Source of the DNA: a virus
Virus record (IMG/VR): IMGVR_UViG_3300027608_000024
Span: 9,110-73,109 of that record
Length of the DNA: 64,000 bases
Strand: one strand, 5' to 3'
Numbering within the stretch: position 1 is the first letter of the stretch; the number at the start of each line of letters is the position of its first letter. A program made the position numbers and the translations under genes. Shown here piece by piece: positions 55,278 through 63,109 of this stretch. The notes under the pieces are model-generated. The model made no database searches. It was not told the DNA's origin and saw only the letters and a program-made list of their open reading frames with translations.

Positions 55278-55430
55278 ATGCATAAAAAAGAATATAAAAA
55301 CTGGCAAAAAATAGCCAATACACCAGATTACAATGAACACTTTGATGATTTATACGAAGAGGAAATTGTAAGAGACAGCAAGCAAAAGAAACGTGAGCAG
55401 GTGCGCTTTGGCCTCAAAGAAGACTACTGA
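55278..55430 (+). CDS. Small hypothetical protein
   Basis: MHKKEYKNWQKIANTPDYNEHFDDLYEEE... (50 aa). Confidence 0.5.
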   Translation: MHKKEYKNWQKIANTPDYNEHFDDLYEEEIVRDSKQKKREQVRFGLKEDY

Positions 55431-55572
55431 AGACAAAAAGAAGAAGAAGAAGAAGCCTGTTAAAAAGCAGGCTGCTAACGTTATCCCTGCTATCCCACGC
55501 CCAATCCCCGCTACTGGTGGTGGACAAGGTTCAATGCTAACTGGAACTGGTGGCGCTTCAAGTGCCCGCTAG
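55408..55572 (+). CDS. Small Lys-rich protein
   Basis: TTG start; MASKKTTEDKKKKKKPVKKQ... (54 aa). Confidence 0.5.
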   Translation: MASKKTTEDKKKKKKKPVKKQAANVIPAIPRPIPATGGGQGSMLTGTGGASSAR

Positions 55573-56062
55573 TCAGCAAGCCTTTACTCACTGGGGCGGA
55601 AGCTATGACCCTAACGCAGGTGCTGTAACCTCAGCGTCTATGGGTCCTGCCCCTGTATTCCGTAACAGCAAGGATGCCCAGTTAGCTTCATTTGGTGCTG
55701 GTCCAGACACTCAGTATCCAGACGGATACCTTGGCACTATGTCGTCTAATAGGCGCCAAGACAAGATAGTTAACGCAGTACACCGCATGAACAAAGTACC
55801 TTATACCCGTGGTGTTCATAAGGGCGAACGTATCAATCAAGGCGATTACATGTGGCCAGACGAGTTTAATCTTTACACAGGCTTACAACTTGAGTCTCAG
55901 GGGCTCAAGTTTGCGCCCCCAGGAGCAGAACCAGTACGTTTGACCAATGATGGTAAGGCTGGCCCAAGAGGCATCCCCCGTGGCTTAGACAGGCCCCAGC
56001 AAGAGATCATTGACCGTCAGCGTCAGTCAATGCTCAAAACACTAGCCCCACCCTGGAAGTGA
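55550..56062 (+). CDS. Hypothetical protein
   Basis: QYPDGYLGT..S.RR.D, Y.RGVHKGERI; start uncertain (GTG 55550 or 55562). Confidence 0.7.
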   Translation: MALQVPASQQAFTHWGGSYDPNAGAVTSASMGPAPVFRNSKDAQLASFGAGPDTQYPDGYLGTMSSNRRQDKIVNAVHRMNKVPYTRGVHKGERINQGDYMWPDEFNLYTGLQLESQGLKFAPPGAEPVRLTNDGKAGPRGIPRGLDRPQQEIIDRQRQSMLKTLAPPWK

Positions 56063-56115
56063 CCTTTAATAACCTGCTAGAATTATCACAATTAAACTTA
56101 AGTAAGGAGCCTATT

Positions 56116-56679
56116 ATGGCGTTTAATGTTAGAAGTATTTTGGGTCGTAATAGTGCACAGCAATCTCCAGCGCCTCAACGCTCAGAAGACAGGCCCGCTC
56201 CTCGTCGTAAATTACCAGGAGAAATGTCAAAAGAACGACCATCTGCTTCTACTCAACGCCAATCAACTGCACCTGCTAAACCTAACATTGATCGTACTGA
56301 ATCAGGTCGAGTTGCTGGCCCCCACAGTGAGATGACTCGTGACCATCTTGAAGCAATGGATGATAAGCAACTTACAGACCATTGGCAAAAAACTTCTACT
56401 GACCCAAAGGCACAATCAAAAAAGGGAAGTGGCGGAGTTGATCTAAATGACCCTAGAGTTAAAGACTCTATTAATGAAATGAGTAAGAGAAAGATCAGTC
56501 CTTTCCAAACTCAAACACAAGATCGCGCTAAAGGTAATGATGTTAAGTACGATAAAACTGGTAAAATGGATGCTAAGTTCTATCAACCCCTCACCAGCTC
56601 TACTGAAAAGGTAGCTGGCAAAGGTCGCGCTAACACCTCGCAAAACGAACGCCCACCGGGCGCATCACCAAGGAGATAA
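56116..56679 (+). CDS. Basic low-complexity protein (MAFNVRSILGRN)
   Basis: AAGGAG RBS; start region duplicated at 57089. Confidence 0.75.
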   Translation: MAFNVRSILGRNSAQQSPAPQRSEDRPAPRRKLPGEMSKERPSASTQRQSTAPAKPNIDRTESGRVAGPHSEMTRDHLEAMDDKQLTDHWQKTSTDPKAQSKKGSGGVDLNDPRVKDSINEMSKRKISPFQTQTQDRAKGNDVKYDKTGKMDAKFYQPLTSSTEKVAGKGRANTSQNERPPGASPRR

Positions 56680-56681
56680 TC

Positions 56682-57089
56682 ATGGACTCTCAAGCTAAGC
56701 ATCTAGGACGCAAAACGGACCGCGACTCACATACAAGACGCACTTCCGTTACCGTGCAAGACAAAGAAACTGCAGCTGGTTTTGGCATTACGTCAAAAAA
56801 AGGTATTAAAAAGAACATGGAAAGCATTCGTGGGATGCAAGGTGCAGTTTCACAAGATTGGCATGACGCAAATAACGGTAAAGATTTTGGAAATACCGCT
56901 AAACCGCATGTTGAAAAACTTACCGCTGCAGGGAAAGCAGACAAACCATCAATTGGCCAACGTGTTTCTAAGGCTGCAAAAAAAGTATCACAAGGAATGT
57001 CTGGTTATTCTCCTGAAAAAATTCAAGCAAAAGAATCAAAAACAAGTTATAACAATCTTATTGACAAAAATCAAGACCCATTCGACTGA
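56682..57089 (+). CDS. Basic low-complexity protein
   Basis: AAGGAG RBS; GITSKK...NMESIR shared with the next gene. Confidence 0.75.
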   Translation: MDSQAKHLGRKTDRDSHTRRTSVTVQDKETAAGFGITSKKGIKKNMESIRGMQGAVSQDWHDANNGKDFGNTAKPHVEKLTAAGKADKPSIGQRVSKAAKKVSQGMSGYSPEKIQAKESKTSYNNLIDKNQDPFD

Positions 57090-57100
57090 AGGAGCCTATT

Positions 57101-57505
57101 ATGGCATTTAATATTAGAAGCATTGCGGGCCGTAACGCTCGCCCTCAACTTACTGGTCAAGACATGCAAACTGCCAACGACCACGGTATTACCTCAAAGC
57201 GTGTAGCACGTAAAAATATTGATTCAATTAGGCAGGTACAGGAAGGTAATAAAGGAAGGACAGGTGGCATCTATGGGAATGAAGTCAATTCTGATTATGA
57301 CCCCTTTTCAAATCCTAGAAGCCCAGAGCAAGATGCCGCTGGCCAAAAATTGGCAAGTTTAGGAAAACCTGCTAAAAGAGAACTTAAACGTCCTTCTTCG
57401 ATGCCCTCTGTTATGGGTAACTACGGCAAAAAATCAGTTACTAAACAACCGCCTCCAGATAAAAGGATGAACCCATTTGATCCGATGACGTCTTGGAATG
57501 ACTGA
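57101..57505 (+). CDS. Basic low-complexity protein (MAFNIRSIAGRN)
   Basis: AAGGAG RBS; has segments paralogous to both preceding genes. Confidence 0.75.
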   Translation: MAFNIRSIAGRNARPQLTGQDMQTANDHGITSKRVARKNIDSIRQVQEGNKGRTGGIYGNEVNSDYDPFSNPRSPEQDAAGQKLASLGKPAKRELKRPSSMPSVMGNYGKKSVTKQPPPDKRMNPFDPMTSWND

Positions 57506-57517
57506 AGGTAGCAACTA

Positions 57518-57721
57518 ATGGCTGCTCCCCGTAATCGTGGCTTATGGGCTAATGGTCAACCCATTGCCCCAGGTTCTCGTATTCCCGTAAGTCGTGAAGC
57601 TTTAGCTGGCAATCAAGCTGGTGAGGATATCAGTACCATTACAAACGCCATCTCTGACCGTGTGCACCAGCTCTTTGGCCCAAAGCCAGAACGTCCACGT
57701 TTAACTACTAAGGACGTCTAA
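57518..57721 (+). CDS. Hypothetical protein
   Basis: AAGGT RBS; within the operon. Confidence 0.6.
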   Translation: MAAPRNRGLWANGQPIAPGSRIPVSREALAGNQAGEDISTITNAISDRVHQLFGPKPERPRLTTKDV

Positions 57722-57724
57722 CTA

Positions 57725-58027
57725 ATGGCCAGACCCTGGCAAACACGTCAAGAGATGATGGTTGACCAAGCATTACAGGCGGCCATTAGCGATCCTGAGA
57801 CCATTAGGCAAACACGCCCAGCGGTACCTCAGCAACTCTTCCCTGAGCGCATGGGATTTGCTAGGCAAGAACATACTATAATGTCTGTTATGAACATTGA
57901 CCGTTATGTACCTTCACGCCGCTCATGGGTGTCTGGCATGCCGGTTATGAGCTCGTCATTCAATGACGGCTCATTCTCTAGTTCAGGTCGCTACTCCATG
58001 GGTAGCCTATGGGGAGGTAGCGCCTAA
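57725..58027 (+). CDS. Hypothetical protein
   Basis: MARPWQTRQE...LFP; within the operon. Confidence 0.65.
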   Translation: MARPWQTRQEMMVDQALQAAISDPETIRQTRPAVPQQLFPERMGFARQEHTIMSVMNIDRYVPSRRSWVSGMPVMSSSFNDGSFSSSGRYSMGSLWGGSA

Positions 58028-58602
58028 TGGCTAACCAAGAACCAGGCTGGTCATCTAGCCCTTTAGCTAGCGGACTTACACCAGCGGATGCTTGGACTCG
58101 CGGCATGCGACAAAGGTATGGTACTGGCAGAACAGACGACATTATTGCATATGGTATGCAAAGCGAAGGGGTAATGAACCCATCTAGTGGGTTTGGCTCA
58201 AGTGGTCGGTCTGGTGGCGGTTCAGACTGGCTGGGATCAGGCAGTGTAAACATGCGTTTTGGTGGAGGTAACACCCCATCAAACCCAGGTGCCTACAACT
58301 ACGGCACACTTAGCAGATCTGTTGGTAACGCTGTTGAAGCTGTTAAATGGGGGTTTGACACCCGCAGTAAACTTCGTAACAACCAAGAGAAGCAGGACAG
58401 GGTTAAAAAAGTTCAAGAAGCAAATGACTGGAACTCTCGCGTTCTCCCCTATGGTCTTGAACAGCACGACAAAAAACAAAAAGACTTTAACCAACCACGA
58501 AGCCCTGTAACTGGCAGGCCTTCAAAAGCAAAAAATGCTAAACCAATGCAAGGCCCTGTTCCAACTCCAATGAACATGGACTTAAACCCTAAAACACCCT
58601 AA
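58027..58602 (+). CDS. Gly/Ser-rich hypothetical protein
   Basis: GGAGG RBS; TAATG coupling. Confidence 0.65.
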   Translation: MANQEPGWSSSPLASGLTPADAWTRGMRQRYGTGRTDDIIAYGMQSEGVMNPSSGFGSSGRSGGGSDWLGSGSVNMRFGGGNTPSNPGAYNYGTLSRSVGNAVEAVKWGFDTRSKLRNNQEKQDRVKKVQEANDWNSRVLPYGLEQHDKKQKDFNQPRSPVTGRPSKAKNAKPMQGPVPTPMNMDLNPKTP

Positions 58603-58611
58603 GGAATTACC

Positions 58612-58839
58612 ATGGCAGTTAACTCAGCACGCTCAATGAATGCAGATCTACACTCAGGTGTTAACGACGGGCGCCTAAAGAGCCTTACCCCTGATCGTGG
58701 TGGGGTATTGGATAGCGACCCTAAGGTTTCAATTCGCGCAGGCCAGCTTCAAGCACAGTACAACGTAACTGACTTTATTAAAGATGTTACCCCTAAGGTA
58801 CTTGACCACGAGTACGAAACCGGATACGCTGAAGACTAA
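58612..58839 (+). CDS. Hypothetical protein
   Basis: AAGGA RBS; MAVNSARSMN.DL..G..DG. Confidence 0.65.
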   Translation: MAVNSARSMNADLHSGVNDGRLKSLTPDRGGVLDSDPKVSIRAGQLQAQYNVTDFIKDVTPKVLDHEYETGYAED

Positions 58840-58861
58840 TATCTATAATTAGGAGCACAAA

Positions 58862-59317
58862 ATGCCTAGACTACTTGCGTGTAAGTCTTGTGGAACCATG
58901 TACAAAATGCGAGACTATGAAGGTTCCGCTGATTACGACATGGAGTTGCAGGAGCTAATTAAGCGTCACCTTGGCGAAGCCCGTGACCCAGATCCAGCAA
59001 GCCATATTTCCCTTGTATTTCGTGTTGACGAAGCTACTTGGGAAAAACTTGGTAACGAAACACCCATTCAAAAAGAACTAATGAAGAACGAATGGGAAGT
59101 ACGTGCTTTGCGTGACGACCTTAAGGTTGATGCTCTTAAATGTTTTAACCGTCATAACCGACCCGCCGCAGGCTGTATTGACTACGAGGACGCTTCTAAA
59201 ACAATTGGTCGCACCATTGGTGTCCCCAAGGAGAATCGTCAGTATTTGTGCCACTACTGCCCTGCGCAGGAATACGTGACACACAAGAATCGCATCGCTA
59301 AAGGGATGTATGGGTGA
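58862..59317 (+). CDS. Cys/His-rich putative Zn-binding protein
   Basis: RLLACKSC, H..H, CF..HNRP...C, YLCHYCP. Confidence 0.75.
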   Translation: MPRLLACKSCGTMYKMRDYEGSADYDMELQELIKRHLGEARDPDPASHISLVFRVDEATWEKLGNETPIQKELMKNEWEVRALRDDLKVDALKCFNRHNRPAAGCIDYEDASKTIGRTIGVPKENRQYLCHYCPAQEYVTHKNRIAKGMYG

Positions 59318-59787
59318 TCGTATTTAACTTTGACGTCATAGCACGTCCGGCAGATTCTCTAGCGACTCGCCAACCTGACTCAGATGGTAGGGCCATTTGG
59401 GGAGCGTTATTTGAAAAGTACATGGGTCGTATAATCCTTGTGTGTAATGACGTATATGACCGTCCACAATTCATGGACTGGCTTAAACGTGAACAGTTCA
59501 AAGCATCCATGTTGGACTTTATTGACCAAACAGATCCTGTACTTAAGGCAGAAGCAGTGCACAGGGTTGGGTCAGCAGCAGGTCGTATCAACTGGTATGT
59601 AGATAACGATCCCAGGACATGCCAAGAAACCCTAAAACTAGGTATACCAACTCTTGTTGTTGCCTCCCCTTATATTGTGCGCCCCGAGTGGGATAGTGGG
59701 CGCAAGATTAAAGAGTGGGGAAACCTCGTTGATGAGATGGACAGTCAAGCATTGAAGTCTGCTGAAAGAACATGGAGAGATGAATGA
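59314..59787 (+). CDS. Degenerate HAD-like protein
   Basis: IVFNFDVI (motif I-like); WYVDNDP (motif IV-like); LGIPTL. Confidence 0.55.
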   Translation: MIVFNFDVIARPADSLATRQPDSDGRAIWGALFEKYMGRIILVCNDVYDRPQFMDWLKREQFKASMLDFIDQTDPVLKAEAVHRVGSAAGRINWYVDNDPRTCQETLKLGIPTLVVASPYIVRPEWDSGRKIKEWGNLVDEMDSQALKSAERTWRDE

Positions 59788-61220
59788 GGGTTTTCCTTGG
59801 TGGTGCTGAGAAGGGTTCCCATAGGAGCCTGCTATTAGCAAATGACGTCCAAAGCATGGCGGTAAACCTAACTCATTTGCCTATCCCAAAGACAAAAGAG
59901 TTTCACATCCCAACAGTGTTTGGTGGTGCTGATGTTATTTTGTACACATCAGAAAATGATGAGGACGAGAACCGTTACACGGATTTTGTGCGCACGCACA
60001 TTGAAGATCTTGCTTTTGTAATTGGTCGCCCAGGCTATGACGGTGACTGGATGGGGGAGAAGTACATCCCAGTTTGGTCAGACAATGATGACCTTGAACG
60101 CTTAGCCTGGCTATGCCAACGTTATGGGCGAGCAGCTATATCAGACAAGGCTATTACAGGTAAGACCATCCCTCGAATTCGCTCGCTTTCGCAGCGTTGG
60201 AATGCCGAATTAGTTGGGTTGACAAGTAAGCCAGACATCATTGAAGCACTCCCATGGGCCGCAGTTGTTGTTGGCTCGTGGACCTCTGCCATTCGTTATG
60301 GTGAAACTCAAGTATGGGATGGTCACGGTTTACGACGATACCCCGCTCAACAAAAAGAGTCGTCTAGACGGAAGCACAGGCCGGATATTATCCGTCTAGG
60401 AATTGACTTTGAAGCCGTTATGGAAGACGACGTATCGGCAGTTGGCAACCTTGCTATTCGTTCTTGGATGGAATGGGAGAACCATTCTTTTGGGGCCTAT
60501 GACCCTCAAGAAGTACCTGACGAAGAAGAGTTTGTAAACAACGAAAGTGATGAGATAGTTGCTATACCCCCTGAAACGCATACTGGGGTGAAACCGGTTT
60601 CTAGGGGTACAGGTATTGCTAGCGGACCTGTTGAGAAGCGGCACGAGAGTGATCGTGTATTGCTACCGGTTATAGGTATAGAGCACATTGTATCCATGGG
60701 TACGCAAAGTGCTTCTGACCAGGGTGAACACATTGAAATCAGCCCTGAAGAGACTGCTGTAATTAAGTATCAATCTAATCCTTTACGACAGTGCGATAGT
60801 TGCTATCTAGCGGCACGTTGTCCTGCATTCCGTGAACATTCAGATTGTGGCTTTAAACTTCCTGTAGAGATACGTACCAAAGACCAGTTACAGGCCATAC
60901 TTCAAGCCATGTTAGAGATGCAAGCAAGCCGAGTTTTGTTTGCACGCTTTGCTGAAGAACTGGAAGGCCAAGGTCTTGACCCAGCCTTGTCATCCGAAAT
61001 GGATCGCTTGTTTTCTCTTGTTGACAAGTTTAAAAACATCTCTGATAGTCGTGACATGATGCGTATTGAAGTTGAAGCACGTGGTGGAGCCGGCGTCTTA
61101 TCCCGCCTGTTTGGTAACAAAGCTGGGGACGTCGCTCGACAACTTCCTGGTGGAGGCTTTGACCAATCTATGACTGACCGTTTTATATCTGATGTAATAA
61201 ACATTGACGGACAGGGTTAG
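59784..61220 (+). CDS. Degenerate TGT/DpdA-like barrel, 4-Cys motif and helical C-terminal domain
   Basis: RVFLGG, IPVW, VGLT, LPW..VVGSW....RYG; CDSC.....C........C; helical tail ending GVLSRLFG. Confidence 0.55.
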   Translation: MRVFLGGAEKGSHRSLLLANDVQSMAVNLTHLPIPKTKEFHIPTVFGGADVILYTSENDEDENRYTDFVRTHIEDLAFVIGRPGYDGDWMGEKYIPVWSDNDDLERLAWLCQRYGRAAISDKAITGKTIPRIRSLSQRWNAELVGLTSKPDIIEALPWAAVVVGSWTSAIRYGETQVWDGHGLRRYPAQQKESSRRKHRPDIIRLGIDFEAVMEDDVSAVGNLAIRSWMEWENHSFGAYDPQEVPDEEEFVNNESDEIVAIPPETHTGVKPVSRGTGIASGPVEKRHESDRVLLPVIGIEHIVSMGTQSASDQGEHIEISPEETAVIKYQSNPLRQCDSCYLAARCPAFREHSDCGFKLPVEIRTKDQLQAILQAMLEMQASRVLFARFAEELEGQGLDPALSSEMDRLFSLVDKFKNISDSRDMMRIEVEARGGAGVLSRLFGNKAGDVARQLPGGGFDQSMTDRFISDVINIDGQG

Positions 61221-61229
61221 AGGTTACAA

Positions 61230-61523
61230 ATGGACATTGACGCCTCAAAGCAAGCACTCATAAACGTTTACAAACACCAAATTGCTTGTCTTGAAAAAAC
61301 AATTGAAGAACTACTACCTCTAGCTATGGGCTACTACTCCGAGCATTACTGGGCGGCTGGGTGGCTAGTGGGCCTAGAAGAAGAGCTTCCACTGATGGAG
61401 CCAGCAATTGATACTGCCGCCCGTCTCATAGGCAAGATCCCCACAACATATGAACCAAAAGGAGAACAAGATTGGACGCCTTACCCGAGCACGTATATCA
61501 AGACCGTAGAAGGACAGCAATAG
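61230..61523 (+). CDS. Hypothetical protein
   Basis: GAGG RBS; M..YSE..W.AGWL.GLE. Confidence 0.65.
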   Translation: MDIDASKQALINVYKHQIACLEKTIEELLPLAMGYYSEHYWAAGWLVGLEEELPLMEPAIDTAARLIGKIPTTYEPKGEQDWTPYPSTYIKTVEGQQ

Positions 61524-61684
61524 CACTGTCGCTATCACTCGTAGCATCTGTAACAGATGCTTTTTCTAAGCATGGAACTGGCTGGCCAATTTTGGCTTCA
61601 TTTGGGTTCTTTACAGTTCTAACAACCGCACCCCTGACTCTTGGGAAACTCGTAGACAAATTGTCACCACGGGAGTCAAAGTAA
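61472..61684 (+). CDS. Small two-TM membrane protein
   Basis: AAGGAG RBS; two hydrophobic segments. Confidence 0.5.
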   Translation: MDALPEHVYQDRRRTAIALSLSLVASVTDAFSKHGTGWPILASFGFFTVLTTAPLTLGKLVDKLSPRESK

Positions 61685-61692
61685 TCATTTCA

Positions 61693-62061
61693 ATGGACTG
61701 GCTACAAGACGCATCATGCAGGGGTAAACACCCTGACATTTGGTATCCACCCATGGATTCACCAACACCTAGTGACTATTACACAGTAGGTAAACTAGTG
61801 TGTGCTAATTGTGCTGTCTGGGAGGAATGCATGAATTTTGGTGCAGATGAGACATGGGGTATGTGGGGTGGTTTAACTCCACAAGAACGACGCGGTACTG
61901 TGCGTCCTCTTCATGGTTCCATTGAGCAATTCCGTAAAGGATGTCGTTGTAGTGAGTGTATGAATCATGTACTCCCACAACCACTTCAACTGTCAAAACT
62001 CCCACAAAAGAATACCCCCATCGATATAAAAGCCCTGCTCTTTGACCTAATTGGTAGATAA
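61693..62061 (+). CDS. whiB: WhiB-family transcription factor with an extra Cys-rich C-terminal motif
   Basis: W...ASC...C..C.V...C...GMWGGLT..ER; then HG......GCRCSEC. Confidence 0.9.
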   Translation: MDWLQDASCRGKHPDIWYPPMDSPTPSDYYTVGKLVCANCAVWEECMNFGADETWGMWGGLTPQERRGTVRPLHGSIEQFRKGCRCSECMNHVLPQPLQLSKLPQKNTPIDIKALLFDLIGR

Positions 62062-62101
62062 TGTAGGAAGTCCTCGTAACATGATGGTAATATATGTGTA
62101 T

Positions 62102-62127
62102 GGCCCTACCCCAAAAGTAGGGCCTTT
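62102..62127 (+). promoter_or_regulatory. Hairpin just downstream of the TGGTAATAT -10 (leader stem or terminator)
   Basis: GGCCCTAC-N7-GTAGGGCC-TTT. Confidence 0.5.
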
Positions 62128-62154
62128 CCATATCCCCTATCAAGGAGAAGACTA

Positions 62155-62670
62155 TTGCGTAAACTTACCCTAACGAGTGCAGCCATTGTGGGCGCTCTAC
62201 TACTCACAAACTGTAACGGACCAGTAAGCACACAAGAAGTTCAAACCACAGCAGAAACTTCAACTACAACAACTACCCCACCCCCAACAACTACAACCAC
62301 AACCACAACTGTTGCCCCAACCACCACTACCACAACAACACTTGTACCCCTTGGGTCAAAGTGTGAAGAATTAGCACCAATTGCCGTAGCGGCGGGTTGG
62401 CCCCAAGAACTATTAGTAGATGTTCTTGAAGAGGCATGGTCAGAATCCCGTTGTCAAAATGTAATTCCTGGTCATCCCCAATGGAACGGTTCAGATTATG
62501 GGCCTCTTCAGATCAACGGAGTTTGGTCTAACGAAGTTGAAGACTTCTTTGGAAGTTGGGACATGGTTCAAGACCCCCTTGTGAACTTCACATGGGCTTG
62601 GGAAATGTACAAATGGTTTGATGATCACAAAGGTTGCGGATTTATTCCGTGGACTCGCAAGTGCAAGTAA
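62155..62670 (+). CDS. Lipoprotein with Thr-rich stalk and lysozyme/SLT-like domain
   Basis: AAGGAG RBS; signal peptide ending LLTNC; poly-Thr; ESRC...DYGPLQIN..W...DP..N..A...PW. Confidence 0.8.
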   Translation: MRKLTLTSAAIVGALLLTNCNGPVSTQEVQTTAETSTTTTTPPPTTTTTTTTVAPTTTTTTTLVPLGSKCEELAPIAVAAGWPQELLVDVLEEAWSESRCQNVIPGHPQWNGSDYGPLQINGVWSNEVEDFFGSWDMVQDPLVNFTWAWEMYKWFDDHKGCGFIPWTRKCK

Positions 62671-62699
62671 TTGCTACACCTGGTGCTAGTGTGTAATAT
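62671..62699 (+). promoter_or_regulatory. SigA-type promoter
   Basis: TTGCTA-N17-TAATAT; shares TTGCTA and AGTGTG with 37134-37162. Confidence 0.7.
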
Positions 62700-62735
62700 G
62701 TAACAAATAGAACGTGTACAACATAAGGAGAAATT

Positions 62736-62939
62736 ATGGACGTAAACAATATCGGTGGCACAGCGGAAATTGCGGAACTACTAGGTTGCCCAAAGCAACA
62801 GATCTTTGCTCTTCGTAAGCGCAAAGATTTCCCCAAGCCAATTCGCACACTCGCCGCAACTCCTTTGTGGGACCTTGAAGACATTCGGGTATTCGCTACT
62901 ACATGGACACGACGAAAGTCCACGAACGGAATGCAGTGA
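62736..62939 (+). CDS. AlpA/excisionase-like HTH protein
   Basis: GTAEIAELLG...FPKP....TPLW. Confidence 0.8.
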   Translation: MDVNNIGGTAEIAELLGCPKQQIFALRKRKDFPKPIRTLAATPLWDLEDIRVFATTWTRRKSTNGMQ

Positions 62940-63109
62940 GTAAAGAATACCTGCCTGCAGGGTTCTACCAATGCCCCAAATGCAACAGTGAGATTAGGGT
63001 GTATGTTCCTTTACTGGAAGCCCCTACTCACCGTTGTGGGGTAGGAAACAAGAAAAGCGTGATGGAGTTTAAAGGGGAGAAAGATGCTTCTAGGCATAGC
63101 ATCGGGTGA
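62936..63109 (+). CDS. Small Zn-ribbon protein
   Basis: GTGA overlap; CPKC...PTHRC. Confidence 0.6.
   Translation: MSKEYLPAGFYQCPKCNSEIRVYVPLLEAPTHRCGVGNKKSVMEFKGEKDASRHSIG

Noticed and set aside
62736-62939. Excisionase implying an integrated prophage
   Set aside because: No integrase, att site or host genes are in the window; AlpA-like HTH genes are common in lytic phages.
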